A stretch of 64,000 nucleotides of DNA from Neophaeotheca triangularis (Eukaryota): NCBI GenBank assembly GCA_054600435.1, contig BAAIJX010000001.1, forward strand, positions 806,001 through 870,000, written 5' to 3'. The translations under genes and the position numbers were made by a program. Every line of letters begins with the position of its first letter. The stretch's first letter is position 1. Below the pieces are notes generated by a model that ran no database searches, was not told the DNA's origin, and saw nothing but the letters and a program-made list of their open reading frames with translations. This document shows, one piece after another, positions 1-12,495 of the stretch.

Positions 1-2083
1 CCTCAGCCCTCCCACCAAACCACCTACTAAGTCCACCCGACTGCGCCCCAGCACTCTCCTGCCGGTCATTCTGCATCCACTTCGGCGTCTTGAAACCCGC
101 GCTCAGATTCTGCACCCACTCGGGCCTCTCCACAGTATCAAAGGTATTGCGCACTCTCTCGGTGAAGTCCTGGTAGAAATGCCGGGCCCCGTCATCCTCT
201 TCCTCTTCTTGGTTGGTAACCGAGTTGAAAGTCCTGCGCGCCTGCATTGTACCCTCGCTCTCGCCGACGGTGTTGCGGGTCTGGTTCGCTCTTTGGGGGA
301 CCCCCGTGCGCGATGGGCTGGAAGTGCCAGCCGTAGAGCTGACGGGGCCACGGCGGTCGTAGTCAAGAGACTCGCCCCCGCGCGAGGCCAGCCCAACGTT
401 GCCGCCGCCTTCGCCGCCTTGCTGTAGTTCTCGATCTATAAGGGCACGGCCTTCGCGCCAACCACCCGTGCCGAAACCGGAAGGATTATTCTCGCTTTCG
501 TCCTCGAGGACGCCGAAGCCGACGACGCTTTTGATCTTGCCGTAGACGTTGAATAATGTCATTAGTACGGGTATTAAGAGGAAGCAAGGGAAGAAGGCGC
601 TGAAGCCCGTCCCGAGCGGTGTGAGGTTGATGAGCTTGCCTAGGAAGGCGTAGAAGCTGGTGTCTTTGTAAACGTCCCTAGGCATCATCGTGATAAAATT
701 GTAGGATAGGGGCACAGTGAGTTTGGCGACTTGCAGGCTGTACCAACAAGCGCTTTCGGAGTATGTCTGGCGTTTGACCAGCGCACGGTTGCCCCAGACC
801 TTGACGTCAGCAATGGCGTACAGAGCGCAGGCGTCCATGTAGAAGAGCCAGGCGGCCGCAATCACTTGCCCAGCTAGTCCTACTCGGCCCGCTTCGGAGT
901 TTTTGTGATGTACGACGGTCAAGCCAATGACGCTGAGCTTTGAGGTGAAAGAGCTGGCAACTTCGCTGTAGATCACCAAAGCCGAAGCTACCGCGAAGAA
1001 GGCCGCAAGCGCGATGCGGAGCGCCGGTACAATCCGAGCGTAGATTGTGTAGCGCATGGTCGGAGTCAAGAAGTTGTGTTGTCCAAGCAGGGAATGGGAG
1101 ATGGATCTCTCGCGGCCAAAGTCCAATTGTTGCGACGAAGCAGCGTCCAGTATCGTCTGGGTGTCCTGTGCCCTCTGGCATAGAGTGGTCCACTCGTCGA
1201 TGAACCTCGTCTTCTTGTGTTTCGCGCGTTTGAACTTTCTCGTCAAATCGGCCAGATAGCGCTCTGTTACCACAGCCGGTATGTTGACGTTTGTCGCACG
1301 TACGGCAGCTGTAGCCCCTGGCCTCGATTCTGGCAGTGCTGCCGTATCAGCCAACTCATCGATCCATTCCTGTAGATTCCTGCTCGTTCCGTGCTTCCTC
1401 TGCTTAAGTTGCGTAATCGTATTCTCCAACTGCTCCAACTGCTCAGTCGCCTCGTCCAGCTTCTCCCTTGTCCGCGGCGCCTGAGCCTGCAACCTCCTCA
1501 ACCTCTCGCTCGCGTGTGCATTCTTGAACAATCTCCTAGGAAGTGCCACCATGCCATGTCCCATCAAGCCGAGACCCAGTATCAACCCCCAAGCATACGC
1601 CAGCGCCATGACCAGCCCCTTGATGCTCGATCCGTGAAACCCATTCTGCAGGATGAAGTAGACCAAACCTGCGGTGCCCGTTCCCAGCACGATCAATTGG
1701 TATCTCAAGTTACTCCTAGCCGAGTCAATGACCCTGCTGCGAGTATCCCTATATCCAGAATCACAATACTCCCCCAGCAGTGGCAGCATGAACCACGTGA
1801 GGAGAAACGTGAGCCAATAAGTGATGCGCCATGTGACCAGCAGGACTCGCTCGTTTAACCAGATGCCTCTAGTATGTTTGTTGCCGCTATCGATTGAAGC
1901 GAGGTCGATGGGGACGAGAAGGATGATGCTACAGGGGAGAGCTAGGGCGAGGAAGACAGGGACCAGGAGGTAAGCTGGGGTCGAGCGCAGGGGGAGGTAG
2001 TGGCGCAGTAAGAGTAGCACTGTGATTGAGATGGCGAAGAGGGCTCCGACGGCGACTATGTCGGAGACTACGCTGCCTGCCAT
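1..2083 (-). CDS. LMBR1-like multi-pass membrane protein (3' end runs off the window)
   Basis: ATG at 2083 reads MAGSVVSDIVAVGALFAISITVLLLLRHYLPLRSTPAYLLVPVFLALALPCSIILLVPIDLAS, later WRITYWLTFLLTWFMLPLLGEYCDSGY, typical of fungal LMBR1/LMBRD2 proteins. Probably missing from the ORF track because no stop falls inside the window; I spot-checked the frame rather than translating all of it. Confidence 0.85.
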   Translation of the reverse strand, partial: MAGSVVSDIVAVGALFAISITVLLLLRHYLPLRSTPAYLLVPVFLALALPCSIILLVPIDLASIDSGNKHTRGIWLNERVLLVTWRITYWLTFLLTWFMLPLLGEYCDSGYRDTRSRVIDSARSNLRYQLIVLGTGTAGLVYFILQNGFHGSSIKGLVMALAYAWGLILGLGLMGHGMVALPRRLFKNAHASERLRRLQAQAPRTREKLDEATEQLEQLENTITQLKQRKHGTSRNLQEWIDELADTAALPESRPGATAAVRATNVNIPAVVTERYLADLTRKFKRAKHKKTRFIDEWTTLCQRAQDTQTILDAASSQQLDFGRERSISHSLLGQHNFLTPTMRYTIYARIVPALRIALAAFFAVASALVIYSEVASSFTSKLSVIGLTVVHHKNSEAGRVGLAGQVIAAAWLFYMDACALYAIADVKVWGNRALVKRQTYSESACWYSLQVAKLTVPLSYNFITMMPRDVYKDTSFYAFLGKLINLTPLGTGFSAFFPCFLLIPVLMTLFNVYGKIKSVVGFGVLEDESENNPSGFGTGGWREGRALIDRELQQGGEGGGNVGLASRGGESLDYDRRGPVSSTAGTSSPSRTGVPQRANQTRNTVGESEGTMQARRTFNSVTNQEEEEDDGARHFYQDFTERVRNTFDTVERPEWVQNLSAGFKTPKWMQNDRQESAGAQSGGLSRWFGGRAE

Positions 2084-2683
2084 GGCGGGGGGGTGTTATT
2101 ACTGAGGTCCAAGAAGGGCGATGCGATTATTGTGCCATGCGAAGGGGATGTGATGGGCAGCGAGCTGTACTGTAACGTCCCGAAGGAGTAGTAACGTCGA
2201 GAAAGACAAGGCAAGGCTAGGGTATCTATCCGATGCAAGAAAGTGTACCTTTGTAGTGCACTTCCTATCCGTTTGTGAGTGATGCTCGTCGTCGCTCCCG
2301 GGGCGGCGTGAAACAACGGCGGCAGCGATGACGCCCGCCTCCCGCCGGCCGGCTTCCACGTTGACCTCGCTCGCAGTCGCACCACGGAACAGTCTCGGCA
2401 TTGACCCGGCCTCTACGTCAAGCCGACTGCGACTTATTACCAGTATGACATTGATTTTTTGTGTCTAACTTACTCAGGGACCCAACATCTGTCATGGCGA
2501 GAATAACGATTATCAATCAAGCACTAACACCACCTGCCCCAACTTATCACCATCGCCATCGCTATCAAAGTCCCGTCTAGGTAGGTCTGAAGAGCTCAAC
2601 TTCAATCTTTCTCTCCTACAATCTCTTCTCCCCAACTCTTTCTGTTACTAGAAGCAAACCCGAAGCACATAATCAAAACAACC

Positions 2684-3745
2684 ATGGCCCAAAACGAGAT
2701 CAAACAATGGGTAACCGCCCAAGACGGACTAGAAAACCTCAAGCAAACCACAACGTCTGTTCCGACCCCTAAGGAAGGCGAAGTCCTGGTCAAAATCAAC
2801 ACCGTCTCCCTCAACTACCGCGACACTGAAGTCTGCATGGGCCTCTACGGCCACCACAAAGCCGTTTCCCAAAACAACTCCAGCATAGTCCCCTGCTCCG
2901 ACATGACGGGCACCGTCGTCGACACCAACAACACTTCTTGGACCCCCAATGCCCGCGTCGCCTCCATCTTCAACCTCTCGCACCTCTCCGGAACCATCAA
3001 GGAAGCCGACCTCGCCACCGGTCTCGGCCTCCCACTGCCCGGCGTGCTGAGCGAGTACCGCTGCTTCCCGGCAAAATCCCTCGTTCCTGTACCTGAATAC
3101 ATGTCTGACGAGGAAGCTTGCTGCCTCCCCATCGCCTGGGTGACGGCGTGGATGGCTCTCAACGGCATGCGACCATTGGGCCAACCCCTCAGCAACGGCG
3201 AAACCGTCCTGATTCAGGGTACTGGCGGGGTGGCGATTGCAGGGCTGATCCTCGCTCACGCTCTGGGATGTAAAACAATCGTTACGAGCTCATCCGATGA
3301 GAAGCTTGCAAAGGCGAAGGCTCTCGGGGCGGATTTCGGCATCAACTACCGCTCGACGCCCGATTGGGAGCAGGAAGTCATGCGGTTCACCGGTGGCGAG
3401 GGCGCCGATGTCATCTTGGAGAACGGAGGCGCGGGCACGCTGAGGAAATCGTTCGAAGCCGTGGCTTTTGGGGGCTTGATTAATTGTATTGGGTATTTGG
3501 CCGGCAAGGAGGATCCGGCTGGCGACAGGACCAACACCAACCTTTTGGCGCTGAAGCGAACCGTGACGTTGAAGGGTATCCTCAATGGGCCAAAGGATCG
3601 TTTCGAGGAGATGATCAAGCTTTGCGAGGCGAAGAAGTTGCATCCTGTCGTTGATCGGACTTTTGAGTTTGGGCAGGCCAAGGAGGCGTTGCAATATCTG
3701 TTCAGTGGGAGTCATTTCGGTAAAGTGGTGGTGAAGGTGGCTTGA
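2684..3745 (+). CDS. Zinc-type alcohol dehydrogenase-like / NADPH:quinone reductase (MDR superfamily)
   Basis: 353-aa intronless ORF with EVLVKINTVSLNYRD, VPCSD, Rossmann motif VLIQGTGGV and C-terminal HFGKVVVKV. Confidence 0.9.
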   Translation: MAQNEIKQWVTAQDGLENLKQTTTSVPTPKEGEVLVKINTVSLNYRDTEVCMGLYGHHKAVSQNNSSIVPCSDMTGTVVDTNNTSWTPNARVASIFNLSHLSGTIKEADLATGLGLPLPGVLSEYRCFPAKSLVPVPEYMSDEEACCLPIAWVTAWMALNGMRPLGQPLSNGETVLIQGTGGVAIAGLILAHALGCKTIVTSSSDEKLAKAKALGADFGINYRSTPDWEQEVMRFTGGEGADVILENGGAGTLRKSFEAVAFGGLINCIGYLAGKEDPAGDRTNTNLLALKRTVTLKGILNGPKDRFEEMIKLCEAKKLHPVVDRTFEFGQAKEALQYLFSGSHFGKVVVKVA

Positions 3746-4299
3746 AAAAAAAAAGGGAGCAAGCTTCATCTTCAAATTTTTCGATAGAGCGATACATGAG
3801 AGCGTAGCGACACCTTTTCCATCCTCGTCGCACCCTTCGCCCGTGAGACGTTTTGTCGTTCCAGTATATCGATTGTCTTGCGTCCGTCTTATCGATCATC
3901 GTCAAAGTTGATCACGATAGTAGCGTTCTGGCTGACGTCTCTACCTCCGTGTCCACCTGCTACGTACATCTTCTCGGTGTGCGGTCCAGAAAGCGAATAG
4001 ACACAACTTTTAAACAACGATGTCAAGTGCTCGTTGTATCCCTACGTCGCAGCATCAGCATCATCCCCACACGAGCCACGCTTGCGAGAAGTGTGGACCT
4101 CACCTCCTCCACGGAAATCCTCTTCCCTCCACTTAGCGACTCCCCACGCAAAGTATACTCCAAAGGCGATCACCCATTGGTATATCAATAGTAGCGTATC
4201 CCCTTTTTCTAGGTAGGAAAACTTTCTCCAATTTCAACAACTCGTCACTTTATTTTCCCTCCATCTATCCATCGAATCGTCGTTTTCAAACAAGCAGAC

Positions 4300-5588
4300 A
4301 TGGCGCCCATAGCAAAGATCGAGCACTTCCGGGTGATGCCTCGAGTAAGATCAACCACCACTATACCATCACAACAACACAAAGCCCCTACTAATACCAC
4401 CGCCACCCCAGTGGCTCTTCGTCAAAATCACCGACACAGAGAACAACACCGGCTGGGGCGAAGCAACCCTCGAAGTAAATCCACCCACCCCCTCCCCACC
4501 CCCAAAAAGAACGCAAACCCTAACCAACCCACCATAACAAACAGGGCCACACCGAAGCCATCGAAGGCACACTCAGCGGCTTCGCCACCCGCTTCACCGG
4601 CCTCGAAGCCGACGACATTGAAGAAATCTGGCAGCAAGCCTGGCGCAAGTCCTTCTACCGCGGCGGGCCCGTCTTCATGTCCGCGCTCGCCGGCATCGAC
4701 ATCGCCCTCTGGGATCTCAAAGCCCGCAAACTCGGTCTCCCCATCTGGCAACTGCTGGGCGGCAAAGTGCGGCAGCGGGTGCGCGTGTACGCGTGGATCG
4801 GGGGCGATCGGCCGGCGGACGTCGGGGCCGCGGCCGAGGCGCGCTGGCGGCAGGGGTTCAGGGCCGTCAAGATGAACGCGACCGAGGACGTCGGGTGGTT
4901 GGACTCGCCGGGGGTTTTGGAAGCGAGCGTGGAGAGGCTGAAGACTGTCAAGGCGGTCGGGATGGATGCCGGGTTGGATTTCCACGGCAGGTTGCACAAG
5001 CCCATGGCCAAGCAGCTGGCGAGGGCGTTGGAGCCGCACAAGCCGCTGTTCATTGAGGAACCGTTGCTTTCCGAGCACCCGGAGGGGATTGCGGAGATTA
5101 GGAATCTGGTCGCCACGCCCATTGCGCTGGGGGAGAGGCTGTATAGCCGGTGGGATTTCAAGCGTTTCTTCCACGACGCCAGCGTCGACGTCATACAGCC
5201 GGACATTTCGCATTGCGGTGGGATTTCCGAGTTGAGGCGCATTGCTGCCATGGCGGAAGCGTACGACGTCGCCGTGGCGCCGCACTGTCCGCTGGGCCCG
5301 ATTGCGCTGGCGGCATGTTTGCAGGTCGCGACCGCTACGCCCAATCATCAGATTCAGGAGATGAGTCAGGGGATTCATTACAATGTTGCCGCTGGAGACG
5401 AGGACTTGCATACTTATGTCAAGGATGCCGGGGTTTTTAAAGTCAAGGACGGGTTTGTGGAGAATTTGACAGGGCCGGGGTTGGGGATTGAGATTGATGA
5501 GGATAAGGTTAGGGAGGTGAGTAGGACGGCTGTGCCTTGGCCGTTGGGCGGGTTTGTTGGTAAGGATGGTGGGTATAGGGAGTGGTAG
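4300..5588 (+). CDS. dgoD: D-galactonate dehydratase-like (enolase/mandelate racemase superfamily), 3 exons
   Basis: Exons 4300-4344, 4412-4474 and 4545-5588 (GT-AG introns 4345-4411 and 4475-4544) give MAPIAKIEHFRVMPRWLFVKITD..GWGEATLEGHTEA..SALAGIDIALWDLKA..DFHGR..FIEEP..GERL..QPD..APHCPLGPI. Confidence 0.9.
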
Positions 5589-6221
5589 GCTGTGAAGTCG
5601 TGGCTCTGGTGGAGTTGCTCTAGAGTGCTCAACTGTCTGTTGCAAGTCGACGTTTTACAGACGAAAGATGGGCGATGATCATACTGCCGATCACGATGGG
5701 TAATGAACATTCGGCTATCCAGTGCTCCGCTAATATCATGCCCCGTGATGAGCCCCTTCACGCAACAACGCCTTGTCACTTACCAGCACTGAATCTTGGG
5801 GCACCATACTCCCTCACGCAACCTTCAACCCATAGAAGCAAGCATCTAGCTATCATCCTTCCAAACCCACCGGGGAAGCTTTGATCCCTCTTGTTCAATT
5901 CAGCACAACCCTCTCCTAGCTACAGCTAGCGGTCTCACCCTTTTCAAGTCCCTAAAGTACAAAAGCCCCTTTTCAAAGGTATGAGCGCCCACCCATCCCA
6001 GACCCCCGATTCCCCAATCGCAGCCAAACCCCTTACATCATCCGTACCAACGGCGCCCACACCCACTCCTGCGACACCGACCCGAAAACTAAGACGCCCG
6101 CAAACACGTCCCCTCCCAGCGGCTGAGTAGAGCAACGTCCCAAACCAGCCCGGCATGCAGACGGTAGCAGCAGCGGTGAGCCAAAAACCGCACTAAACCT
6201 CAACCCGCCCATGCCCCGTAG

Positions 6222-6345
6222 CAGGATCCAGGATCCAGGAGTCAGGAACCAGGATCCAGGAACCAGGAGACAGGAGTCAGAAGCCAAGAAGTAGAAGTAG
6301 AAGTCAAGAGCCAGAGCCAATGCCAAAGCCAGACTCTCGAGTGCC
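6222..6345. repeat. Degenerate minisatellite (CAGGANC 7-mer, then AGAAGT/AGCCAR 6-mers)
   Basis: caggatc caggatc caggagt caggaac caggatc caggaac caggaga caggagt, followed by agaagt and agccag repeats. Confidence 0.75.
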
Positions 6346-7076
6346 AACAGAAGCCAAAGAACCAGGCCCCCTAACCAGGACCCCAAGAACCACCGCCAAC
6401 CAAGGCCAAGAAAGCAGCCGCATGCCAGAAAAAAAAAAAAAAAGAAAAAAAAAAGAAACGAACACCCCAACTTGAAGCGTCCGCCGAAGCTTCCAGCTTT
6501 TGGATGGAAGAGGCATAGACGATACTTGATGATACTTGACGATACTTGACAGCGGCGAAAATGGCGCGACAGCTTCACCCACCAGCCCTCGCGCCGGTCA
6601 ATACCATATCGAACTGCCCATAGCCAGGATTAGAAAATGGGAAAACTGGCGAGGAGAGCAAGGAGAGTTGGAGGAAGGATGGAAGGAAAGGAAGCAAGAT
6701 GGTCAGAGTGGTATCATTAAACATGTTCTCGTAAGCCTAGTACCCAGTAATAGTAGTAGTAGTAGTAGTAGTCAGCTTCCCAACCAGCCAAAGTCGGTGT
6801 GAATGAAGTTTCTGGTTCTCCTCCCGAAAACGAAGTAAAGCGGAAAACTTCGCTGCCCTTCGCTGAGGTGCCGCATAGCGGGAAAGATGGTTTGGTTTAG
6901 TCTGGTGTGGTCGGTTGAGGGATGAAAGTTGCTGGTGAAAACGTTGGCAATGAATGCGCCTGCCGAGAGGGAAAGAGAGAGAGAGAAATGTGCCGTACGC
7001 CCGCCCAAAAAGCCCTCCTTCGAAGTCCAGTGTGCTAAAGACCATCAGAACCCATTGCCATGGGAAAGCTAGATGC

Positions 7077-9140
7077 TTAGTAGCTGGGGACCGGCTGTCG
7101 AGTGTATGAACTTCCCCTCCCACTCGAATGAAGCGACGGCCTCGTGCTCCCCCTTCTCTGCCCATATCCAGTCTGATACTTGATATCCTTCGGCTGGATT
7201 TCCGGTTGATACTGCACACCGCCCTCATGGCCGGGAGGGGAGTAGCGGCTCTTGGTCTGATTGGGCGAGCGCGGCGAGGGCACGCCGTTGCCGCCGCCGC
7301 CCACTTCGCCGTAGAGGGAGCTGGATGGTTGGCGGCTGCTGGTGCTACGCATGCTGTCTTCGCGGGCGAGTTTGGGGCGCGATGGAGCAGAGGAGGCTGA
7401 AGGGGGGGTTTGCTTTGGGGAGTAGGAGTCTGGTGAGGCTAGGGCCTCGACGCCGCTTGGGGTGTATTTGTAGCTGGTAGTGCGGGTGTTGGTGTCAAGG
7501 CGGGGCGGGTGGGGGCGGGTTTCGGGGTAGCGGGAGGAGGATGCGCGGGTGAGTTTCTCGCGGGGATCGCGGTCCCGGGCGCGTGGGTCAAGAGGTTCGG
7601 GGCTGCGATTGATGACGCGGCTGGGGTTGGGTTTGCCATTGGCGGGCTCGATAACCTCTGTGCGGTAGCCGTCGGGGGTTGGAAATTCGCGGTCGTCGGC
7701 GTACTCTTTGCCGTAGTTGTATTTGGAGGGTCGTGTGTTGGGATAGTCTGGGGTTGCACTGGGGGTGGGTAGACCGCTGTCGTTGATTTCGGTTTGCCGG
7801 AGACTGGAGCCCTTTGCTGGAGCGGTGGACTCTTTTCTCCGAGCGCCGCTGTTGTAAGCTTGGTTTGGCATGGTCTCGGATCGCTTCATACGTGGCGGCG
7901 GAGCATCGTCTTTGTGGTCAAAGTCGGTTTGTAGCGACTGCGAGCGCGCCTTTTCATTAGGCATGCGAATTTGATCCGGCGAAGACCGGGATTGCGTGAG
8001 AGGAGGTGCTCTTCGCGGTGGCTCTTCGATGATATCCGCGCTTGCTCTACGAGAGTCCCTGGTGGAGGCGCGTCGCGGAGACTCTGACGGACGAGGACGA
8101 TCGGAACCTCTCCGGACCATGACCGGGGGTTTACCGTCACCTCGCTTGATGTACTCGACAGGATCCCTCGAAGACCCTTTACGTTGCGGTGTTGGCCTGC
8201 TCTCCTCAATCTCCTGCGCTTGCCTGCTCCCCCTGGGACGCGCTGAGCGATCAATGTAGTCCCTCGCACCGCTCTCTTGTGATGACACCTTCCTGGCCCT
8301 ATCCTCTGCAAAATACGACTCGTCTTGTCTCCTTTGCTGCTCGTAGAACCTCTCACGCTCACGTGCCTTGATCTCGCGCTCTCGTTCCCGCTCCCTCTCC
8401 CTCTCCCGCTCATCCTCTTGCCTCCGCCTATTGTTGAACCGCTCGCGTTCATAGAAAGAAGTATTGTCGTCAGACTCTGAATCCGAGTCATCCTCGTCCA
8501 TCATAGAAGACGGCGCATATCTCGCAGACTGCTTGACGTCACGATCTCTCCGGGTATCTTTTGTACTCCTCCTGTCCTTCTCCCTCTGATTCATCCTCGC
8601 GTACTCCTTGGCCTCCTTGGCTGACAGTTTGGATCTCTCGCGGTCAGTGCGAGGGGGAGGAGTGCGCCTAACGTCTCGCTCGCGGTCGTACTCATAAGGA
8701 TCTTTTCGCGACGAAGCCCGCGGAATGTCAAAGTAGTCGTTACCAGGACCCGGTCGTACTTCTTGCGCCTGGAACGGCCGATCTGTACGTCCAGCTCCTC
8801 TAGATGTGTAGCTGGTCGTCCTTGGCGGCATGTTCGATTCCTTTCTGGGCACACTGACGGTGGAACTGCTGCCCTGCCTGTTCATGACATCCTTCCTCAA
8901 CTCGGCCAGCTTCACTTGCGCATCATAGCGTGCCCTTCTCTCCTCATCACCAATGATTTCGTAGGATGACTGTATTTGATGGAATTTGTCCGAGGCGGCT
9001 TGCTTTTGCGACTCATCGGTGACCTTGTCCGGGTGGAACTTGAGTACGGCTTTGCGATATACTTGCTTGATTTGGGCGGCAGTGGCATCCTTGGGCACGC
9101 CCAGCGCGGCATACGGGTCGGGAGGTAGTGGAGAGCCCAT
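7077..9140 (-). CDS. DnaJ (J-domain) protein with long disordered Arg/Ser/Pro-rich C-terminus
   Basis: 687-aa ORF; N-terminal DPYAALGV..IKQVYRKAVLKFHPDK..FHQIQSSYEIIGDEERRARYD is a J domain with the HPD motif. Confidence 0.9.
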   Translation of the reverse strand: MGSPLPPDPYAALGVPKDATAAQIKQVYRKAVLKFHPDKVTDESQKQAASDKFHQIQSSYEIIGDEERRARYDAQVKLAELRKDVMNRQGSSSTVSVPRKESNMPPRTTSYTSRGAGRTDRPFQAQEVRPGPGNDYFDIPRASSRKDPYEYDRERDVRRTPPPRTDRERSKLSAKEAKEYARMNQREKDRRSTKDTRRDRDVKQSARYAPSSMMDEDDSDSESDDNTSFYERERFNNRRRQEDEREREREREREREIKARERERFYEQQRRQDESYFAEDRARKVSSQESGARDYIDRSARPRGSRQAQEIEESRPTPQRKGSSRDPVEYIKRGDGKPPVMVRRGSDRPRPSESPRRASTRDSRRASADIIEEPPRRAPPLTQSRSSPDQIRMPNEKARSQSLQTDFDHKDDAPPPRMKRSETMPNQAYNSGARRKESTAPAKGSSLRQTEINDSGLPTPSATPDYPNTRPSKYNYGKEYADDREFPTPDGYRTEVIEPANGKPNPSRVINRSPEPLDPRARDRDPREKLTRASSSRYPETRPHPPRLDTNTRTTSYKYTPSGVEALASPDSYSPKQTPPSASSAPSRPKLAREDSMRSTSSRQPSSSLYGEVGGGGNGVPSPRSPNQTKSRYSPPGHEGGVQYQPEIQPKDIKYQTGYGQRRGSTRPSLHSSGRGSSYTRQPVPSY

Positions 9141-9617
9141 GACTAGGAAGGGGGGGAGTGAGAGGGAGAGTGTGCGGGAGTGGATGTGCTTCAGTCGAGG
9201 AGGACTGAAGTTGGTGTACTACTAATGTGTCGCAGGTGGTGGAAGTCGATAAGCCGTGGTCATGAATAGTCCAAATGGTGCTACTCGATATGTCGTGATG
9301 ATTGTTGTTGTGGTGGTGGTTGTGCTCGGCCGGGGCCCCCTTAATGTCTCATAAATAGGATGGACCGTACGACAGCACGGATATGGTAGGTAGGTAGTAG
9401 TCGGTCGGCGGTTGGCGGTGAACAGGCCCAGAACAGCGGAGGACGTGCGACCGACTCTAGAACTGCCTGGCGTTTGCAGCGAGCGCGTCGTGGAACGGAA
9501 CAGCAGAGTCGACGATGGCGGCAAGATGACAACGACAGCAACAGCACCAGCACCACCCTCACAGCAGAGAAGCGATGAGGAAGTAATAAGACTGTAAGAT
9601 GGAGTGAAATTGTGTAA

Positions 9618-9640
9618 AGAGAGAGAGAGAGAGAGAGAGA
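9618..9640. repeat. (GA)n microsatellite
   Basis: Run of about 11 GA units upstream of the DnaJ gene. Confidence 0.9.
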
Positions 9641-12495
9641 GGTACCTTTCGCGTTCTCTCTCTCTGCTCCAGGTCAGTCCCGTCTGTCTCCAGGTCCGAA
9701 CCAATCGCTGTCGGAGGAGGTTGGAGAGAGATGGACGGGATCTTGGCGGCGCTTGAGCTGGTGTTGGCTTCGGCGGGGGATTCCGGACCCGCCGGCTCTA
9801 CCTGGGAGGTAGACCTAGCCTAGCCTAGATAGGTAAGGTGCGACAGGGAAGTCGACGGGTGACGTAGCTTTGCTATGTACCTAGGTAGGTACCTCACGGT
9901 CCTCTCCTATCACGATGGAGATGGAGATGGAGGTGTAGATGGAGATGGATGCGGGTAGAAGGCAAAAGAACCTGGCCTCTCAACCAGCCACCAACTTATC
10001 GACTTGATCGATAGGTAGTCGCTTTGGTAATAATAATGTCGACTTGGAACAGTTCAGGATGTCTGACTACTACCTCCTGTCGAAGCCACAGGTCAAGTCT
10101 GATTTTGTCGTTGTTCTGTCGTTCCGGTCAAGACGAGGACGAAGAGCGTGTAAGTAGTGTTATGATGATATCGCTGTCGTGCTACAGTACCTATAATCGA
10201 GCCACCATGGTGAGTTACGTAGCAGATATAGAGCATGCACGGTAACGTAATTGGACTTTCAAGGTGCCTAAGTATCAATAGATGTCTTCCTCGCCAAACA
10301 GACGGATGACAAGAATCACAAAAGCATCCCAGGTACTTTGGGTCGTATCAAACATGCAAGTCCGGCCGACGGCGTGACCAGTCACCATGTCCACGCCGAT
10401 TTGCTTGCTCATCATGTATTGCTGCCCCGTCCATACCAAGGTAGATACCTTATCCCTATCACTCACCAAGCTATTAGTAGTACAGAAGTAGTACTATAGT
10501 ACTCCATCTGACCATAGACAACTCCCTCCCTCGAGTCGATTGGTCTTCACTTGCAGTAGCTCTGCAACACTTCAGACGATTGGTCGGGCTGCGTCGGCAT
10601 CGCTTGTGAATGGTTCAAGGTTGCTTACATGGACCTTCCATACATAACCAACAGATTCGACGAACCCAACCAAGAATAAATGAATATTATAATACACTAT
10701 TATTGTCGTGCCTACGCTCATCAGATCGATGCTACACTTGCAGCTGACACACATTAGCAAAAACATCCGATTCGCGCAATAAAGCGACGCAAGGTTACGA
10801 ATAGGTGCGGTCCTGCGCTTATTCAGCGCTGTAGCAATCCCATCACATCACCACCTATGTAACCTGTCAGGACCCATCATCAAGCAGCAAGGTGGAACCT
10901 TCAAAGAAAGAGGAACCTCATACGGAAGGCCGCATGACAGGCCTCCTCCCGGCACCAGCAACCTGCTGCTGTGCCACGAGCACTAATAAACGCACCAAAC
11001 ACGATCTTTAACAGCCACTGGCGCTTACGGACCAATCGATGCAGCTGGAGCTCCACGTCCTCCTGCTACCCAACGGCGACGGTTGCGTGCATGCCTTTGT
11101 GCATCATCGTGGGGCTACTTTCGAGCTGCTCCTCTCTCAGGTACCGTGGCTTTTGCTGAGGAGGCTGCCTGCTGCGGTAGGCGACCTGTCAGCGATTTGC
11201 GAGGCGACATGGCAAGGCATCTATCGTGACACGTTGACAGGCCTACCGAGGAAGACAGACAGACAGACAGACAGACAGACTTGGTCTGGACCGAACTACT
11301 CGTTTCCAATAGGTAGGTGCTATCTACAATCCACCAGCTGACCGCCCGAAACCCTTTGGAAAACCACACCTTCAGCAGTCATCTGAAACGCCGACTTCGA
11401 CGACAAACACCCAACGTGACCGAACCCAATCACACTCGTGAACACGCTCGGATGCAGAAAAACCAGAAAACCATCCTCTTACCCTATCTCACCACATCGA
11501 AGGAAGGTACTAGTAGGTACCGGTGCAGTAACGAACCACAACCCCCACGAGCTCTCCAGCGGTAAAAGCGGTGCCACCATAAAAAAAAAAGCCCACGCGA
11601 GAATCCCTTTGACTTTTCTTCGCTCCCGCAGGAAACTTGCAGGCAGCCTGTAGCGAGCTCTGCCGTCCAGCTCTAGCGTCAGGTACGCTTGCAGCTTTGG
11701 GTTGGACCCGTGGTGGGAGAGGTAGAGAGGTACCCTGATGCGATGATCTCACGTGGGAGTTTGGAGCGCTGTGTCAGTGATTGGGGATGGGGTGGGATGT
11801 GATGGGTATGGAGGAGTGAGTGAGGCGTGCTGGGGTGGGTGGATCCGCTGGCTGGCTAAGGGTGAAGAGCCACTAGCACAGTTGCCTCGGTCGTTCGTGG
11901 TTTTGGGGAGGAGAGGTAGGCGTTAGGCTTACTACTTACCTAGACGTGGATGGCTGGAGGGACCGACGCCTCTGGCGGTCTCTGTTGGCCTCAAACAGCG
12001 ACCCTCCACCGCTGCTGCTCATCGCCACGGCGGCAGCATTTCCCGGCGGAGTTTGCTTTGCATCTTTTCAGCTACTTACTGGTTGACGAGGACTCGACAG
12101 GGGGCCTTTGAGATGGCAATTTGGCCTTTCGAGTACGGTATAGCTGTCTACCGGTGGTGAATGCTCGAGGTTCATGAGCGAGTAAGTGAAGGCGGATTCA
12201 TAGTAAGGGTAGGTAGGTAGGCTCGCGACGGCTGAAAATTCACAAGGTCGCTCTACTACTTCGGTCAAGCGTGTCGTTTATGAAGAAGATAGGTGTAGTC
12301 GAGGCCGGTGGTTCTGGCATATTTCGCCGAACAAATCAATCAGAGGTTTGTTAGCCATGAGTGATAGTCGCGTTATTTCGGCCAGCTGTGATCAGGCACA
12401 TATCTCTGTTGATAAATCCGATCGCTGCGCACGCACTTGCACTGGCAAGGCCATAGACAGCCTCATCCGAAGTTAAAAACCAAAGCGCAGTAGCA

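Noticed and set aside
3743..3790. Readthrough-derived peroxisomal signal after the MDR stop (TGA AAA AAA AAA GGG AGC AAG CTT)
   Set aside because: SKL is not terminal in the extension and the stop context is not the leaky TGA CTA.
4428..5645. Long antisense ORFs (405 aa here; also 49569-50453, 34123-34908 and 53925-54593)
   Set aside because: They shadow well-supported genes and are expected from GC-rich codon bias; no recognisable domains.
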